DNA of 64,000 nucleotides from positions 1 to 64,000 of the IMG/VR virus record IMGVR_UViG_3300045125_000064; one strand, 5' to 3'. Positions 61,479 to 64,000 of the stretch are shown here, piece after piece. A program made the position numbers and the translations under genes. Below the pieces are notes generated by a model. The model was not told where the DNA came from. It did not search any database and saw only the letters and a list, made by a program, of their open reading frames with translations. This stretch comes from a virus. Numbering within the stretch: the first letter of the stretch is position 1; each line of letters starts with the position of its first letter.

Positions 61479-64000
61479 ATGGCTTCTCAAAATTTCCAGC
61501 AATTTATTCTTAGCTTTTTAAGTGGTTCAATAAGTGGTTCGATTGGACCACATGCCTCTTCTCACTCTTTAACTGGTTCTGATCCAGTTTATCTTTACAA
61601 ATCACAAATATTAGATGCATCTTCATCAATAAATTATAATGCATCATCTTATAACATTGTCAACACTATTGCATTAAGAAACCCTCTAGATAATGGTTCT
61701 TTTGCTGCTGGTGGTATTCAATTTGATACAGCAAGCATATCTTCTGGATCTGTTGGAAAAAGTAATATGGAACGACCAAGATGGAACTTTGGAGTTTCAA
61801 CTAAAAGGCGGAAATGTTACTCTTCAAATTGGTCAAGAACAACTTATTAGAGTTGTAAATAAAACAGGTGTTGATATAGCTAACGGTACATGTGTTTACC
61901 TTGATGGAGCACAAGGACAAAGACCAAAAGTTTCTCTTGCGAAAGCTAATGCAGAGTTAACATCTGGAAGAACTCTTGGCGTTGTAACAGAAACAATAGT
62001 GAACAACCAAGAAGGATTTGTAACAACTCAAGGTCTTGTGAGAGATATAGATTTATCAGATTATGATGAAGGTGATACATTATATCTTTCTCCAATAACT
62101 GCTGGAGCTTTCACGAAGATTGAACCATCTGCTCCAAATCATAATGTTTTCATTGGCATTGTTGTTGTTGCAAATCCAAATGGAGTTATGTGGTGTCATC
62201 CACAAAATGGTTATGAACTTGATGAACTCCATGATGTTAAAGTAACAAACAAGCAGAATCTTGATATTTTGCAATATGATTCGGGAAGTTTATATTGGAA
62301 GAATGTCGCTGCATCTTCATTGAGCGTTGCAACAGCTTCTTATTCTTTAACTTCTTTATCATCAAGTTATGCAACAACATCAAGTTATGCATTTTTATCC
62401 AATACAGCCTCTTATGCATTATCTGCTGGAACTGCAACAGATAACACAAGATTGGCATTAACTGGCGGGACATTAAGTGGCAATGTTGGTATGACTGGAG
62501 CATCTTCATATTTAGGAATAGGAATAACCACACCTTCTGCGCCTTTAGATATACGCAACTTTGTAACATATCGCAATACTAATGTATCCCAGCTTCAAGT
62601 TTGTACTGCTCCAGGACTTGTGCAAGAGAATGGGGCATTAGGTTCAGCAGATGCAACTATTTTGACTACATATTTGGGAAAGTTTAGTATTTACAAGCGC
62701 AATGCTACAGGAGATTTTGCAGCATCAGATTTAGTGTGGGATGTGGATTCGTCTGGAAACGTGGTTGTTGAAAAAGGGGACGAAACTGTTGGTCTTATTA
62801 AACTTGCTAGGATTGGTAAGGTTGGTATTGGAACAACAAGTCCTCAAACTCCGTTAGATGTACGAGGCGTTACAACATATCGTAATACTGGAGTAACTCA
62901 ACTTCAAGTTGGTATTGCGCCAGCATTGATGCAAGAAAATGGTGCTCTCGGCGCAAACGACTTTTTTGTTATTAGTACATATAATGGAAAAGCTCTTTTT
63001 TATAAAGGAAATAGATCAGGAAGCTTGGCAACTTCAGATCTTAAAATGACTATTGACAGTTCTGGCAAGTTACAACTTGGAGGATCCGCAGGATTAGATT
63101 ATGCCATTGCAACAACAGCCATTTTACATCTTCCATCTGGTTCCACAGCAGCTTCAACTGCACCATTAAAGTTTACTTCTGGTTCATTGATGACAGCAGC
63201 AGAAGCTGGTGCAGTTGAATATGATGGAGATAAAGCATATTTAACCATTGCAACAGCAACAGCAAGAAAAGAAATAGCTTTATGCGATTCAACTTTAACT
63301 TCTGGCTCTCTTGTTATTGGTACAACCAATGGAAGATTAACATCATTAGTTGGTGGTCTGCCATTATCATTAGGTGGCACAGGAACAACAGGTTCATTTA
63401 CTGCTGGTTCTGTTATATTTCATGATGGAGTAAAATATACTCAGGATAACAGCTATTTTTATTATGATAGATCAAACAAAAGACTTGGGGTTAATCTTTC
63501 TGGTTCAGCACCATCAGCAACAATCCATTCATCTGGTTCAACAATATTAAAGGATGGACATTTGATATTTTCAAAAGCTTCTGGATATGGTATTAAAGTT
63601 GACGCAGAAACTCCAGCGTCAGCATCTTTTGGATGGAAAGATCTTCTTGGAGATATACAAGTCAGATCTGGGCAGCTTGATCCACCAACATGGACAGTAT
63701 TCAGAACAAATGTTAATGCCTTTCAGCTTGTCAATGCGCAAACTCAAGTTTTTAATATTTTCCATATACCACACGATTATGTGCCAGGAACAGATATGTT
63801 TGTCCATGTTCATTGGGCACAAAATGTCGTTGATACTGGCGGACCTGCTGGCACACCTGGAACTGCTGAATGGAACTTTGATATATCTTATGCTAAAGGA
63901 TATGGAACTGCTGGCGGATCATCTGATCCATTTCCTGCAACAAAAACAATAACAATCACACAGCAAGCGTCAACAACACAATATGGACATATGATTGCAG
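61479..64000 (+). CDS. Fibre/decoration protein (tail or capsid fibre), truncated at the window end; frameshift ~61760-61810
   Basis: Frame open from ~61815 to the end: GFVTTQGLVRDID..Y.EGDTLYLS, LDELHDV..LQYD...WKN, TASYA-type repeats, GIGTTSP repeats, FHIPHDY. Confidence 0.75.
62512..63072 (+). repeat. Tandem duplication of an ~84-aa fibre module
   Basis: 62512-62763 LGIGITTPSAPLDIRNFVTYRNTNVSQLQV..QENGALG..SDL...DSSG versus 62821-63072 VGIGTTSPQTPLDVRGVTTYRNTGVTQLQV..QENGALG..SDL...DSSG. Confidence 0.85.

Noticed and set aside
62512-63072. Diversity-generating retroelement TR/VR pair
   Set aside because: The copies differ at all base types with many synonymous changes, not only at adenines, and no reverse transcriptase is in the window.
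196-63822. Minus-strand ORFs in the six-frame track
   Set aside because: All are short, overlap convincing + strand genes and show no recognisable motifs (shadow ORFs).
1-64000. Stop-codon reassignment (TAG/TGA) as the cause of fragmented ORFs
   Set aside because: At the breaks inspected (clpP ~4455, phoH ~7465, 36500, 36980, 40770) the protein continues in a different frame, not through the stop. TAA, TAG and TGA all end apparently complete genes.
1-64000. Mass pseudogenisation or programmed frameshifting
   Set aside because: Indels hit essential genes (terminase, portal, primase) indiscriminately and mostly at homopolymers, which is typical of unpolished long-read consensus.
1-64000. tRNA/rRNA genes, major capsid protein, tail sheath, DNA polymerase
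   Set aside because: No recognisable signatures were seen by eye; they presumably lie outside this window.

Overview
This is an AT-rich, densely coding 64-kb fragment of a large lytic myovirus (T4-like/jumbo-type Caudoviricetes). Essentially all real genes are on the + strand, often coupled by TAATG/ATGA overlaps and preceded by GAGG/AGGAG Shine-Dalgarno sites. Most genes are broken by single-base indels in or near homopolymers, which look like long-read consensus errors. Genes were therefore reassembled by eye across frames, and boundaries are approximate. Order: (1) ~0.1-10.8 kb, accessory/host-takeover genes (PG-binding domain, ligase-like + HxGH nucleotidyltransferase fusion, ClpP, gamma-glutamylcyclotransferase, lipoprotein, DUF1599-like, PIN-PhoH, free-standing GIY-YIG endonuclease, HExxH metallopeptidase); (2) 10.8-17.9 kb, glycan-biosynthesis locus (two GT4, one interrupted by a LAGLIDADG intein; GT-like; GT2; NDP-sugar epimerase; methyltransferase-like); (3) gp55-like late sigma factor; (4) 22-46.9 kb, baseplate/tail module (spike-like, gp25, gp6, giant gp7/LamG protein, tail-collar paralogs); (5) RuvC-like, primase, SbcD/SbcC; (6) lysis cassette; (7) terminase, portal, prohead protease, phage-encoded ribosomal protein bS21 and a fibre protein truncated by the window end. 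The most intriguing signal is a recurrent [S/T]-[G/A/S]-S tripeptide concentrated in putative virion-surface proteins and nearly absent from the enzymes. Together with the glycosyltransferase locus, it suggests a phage-encoded, sequon-directed virion glycosylation system (hypothesis). No tRNA, rRNA or CRISPR array was seen.
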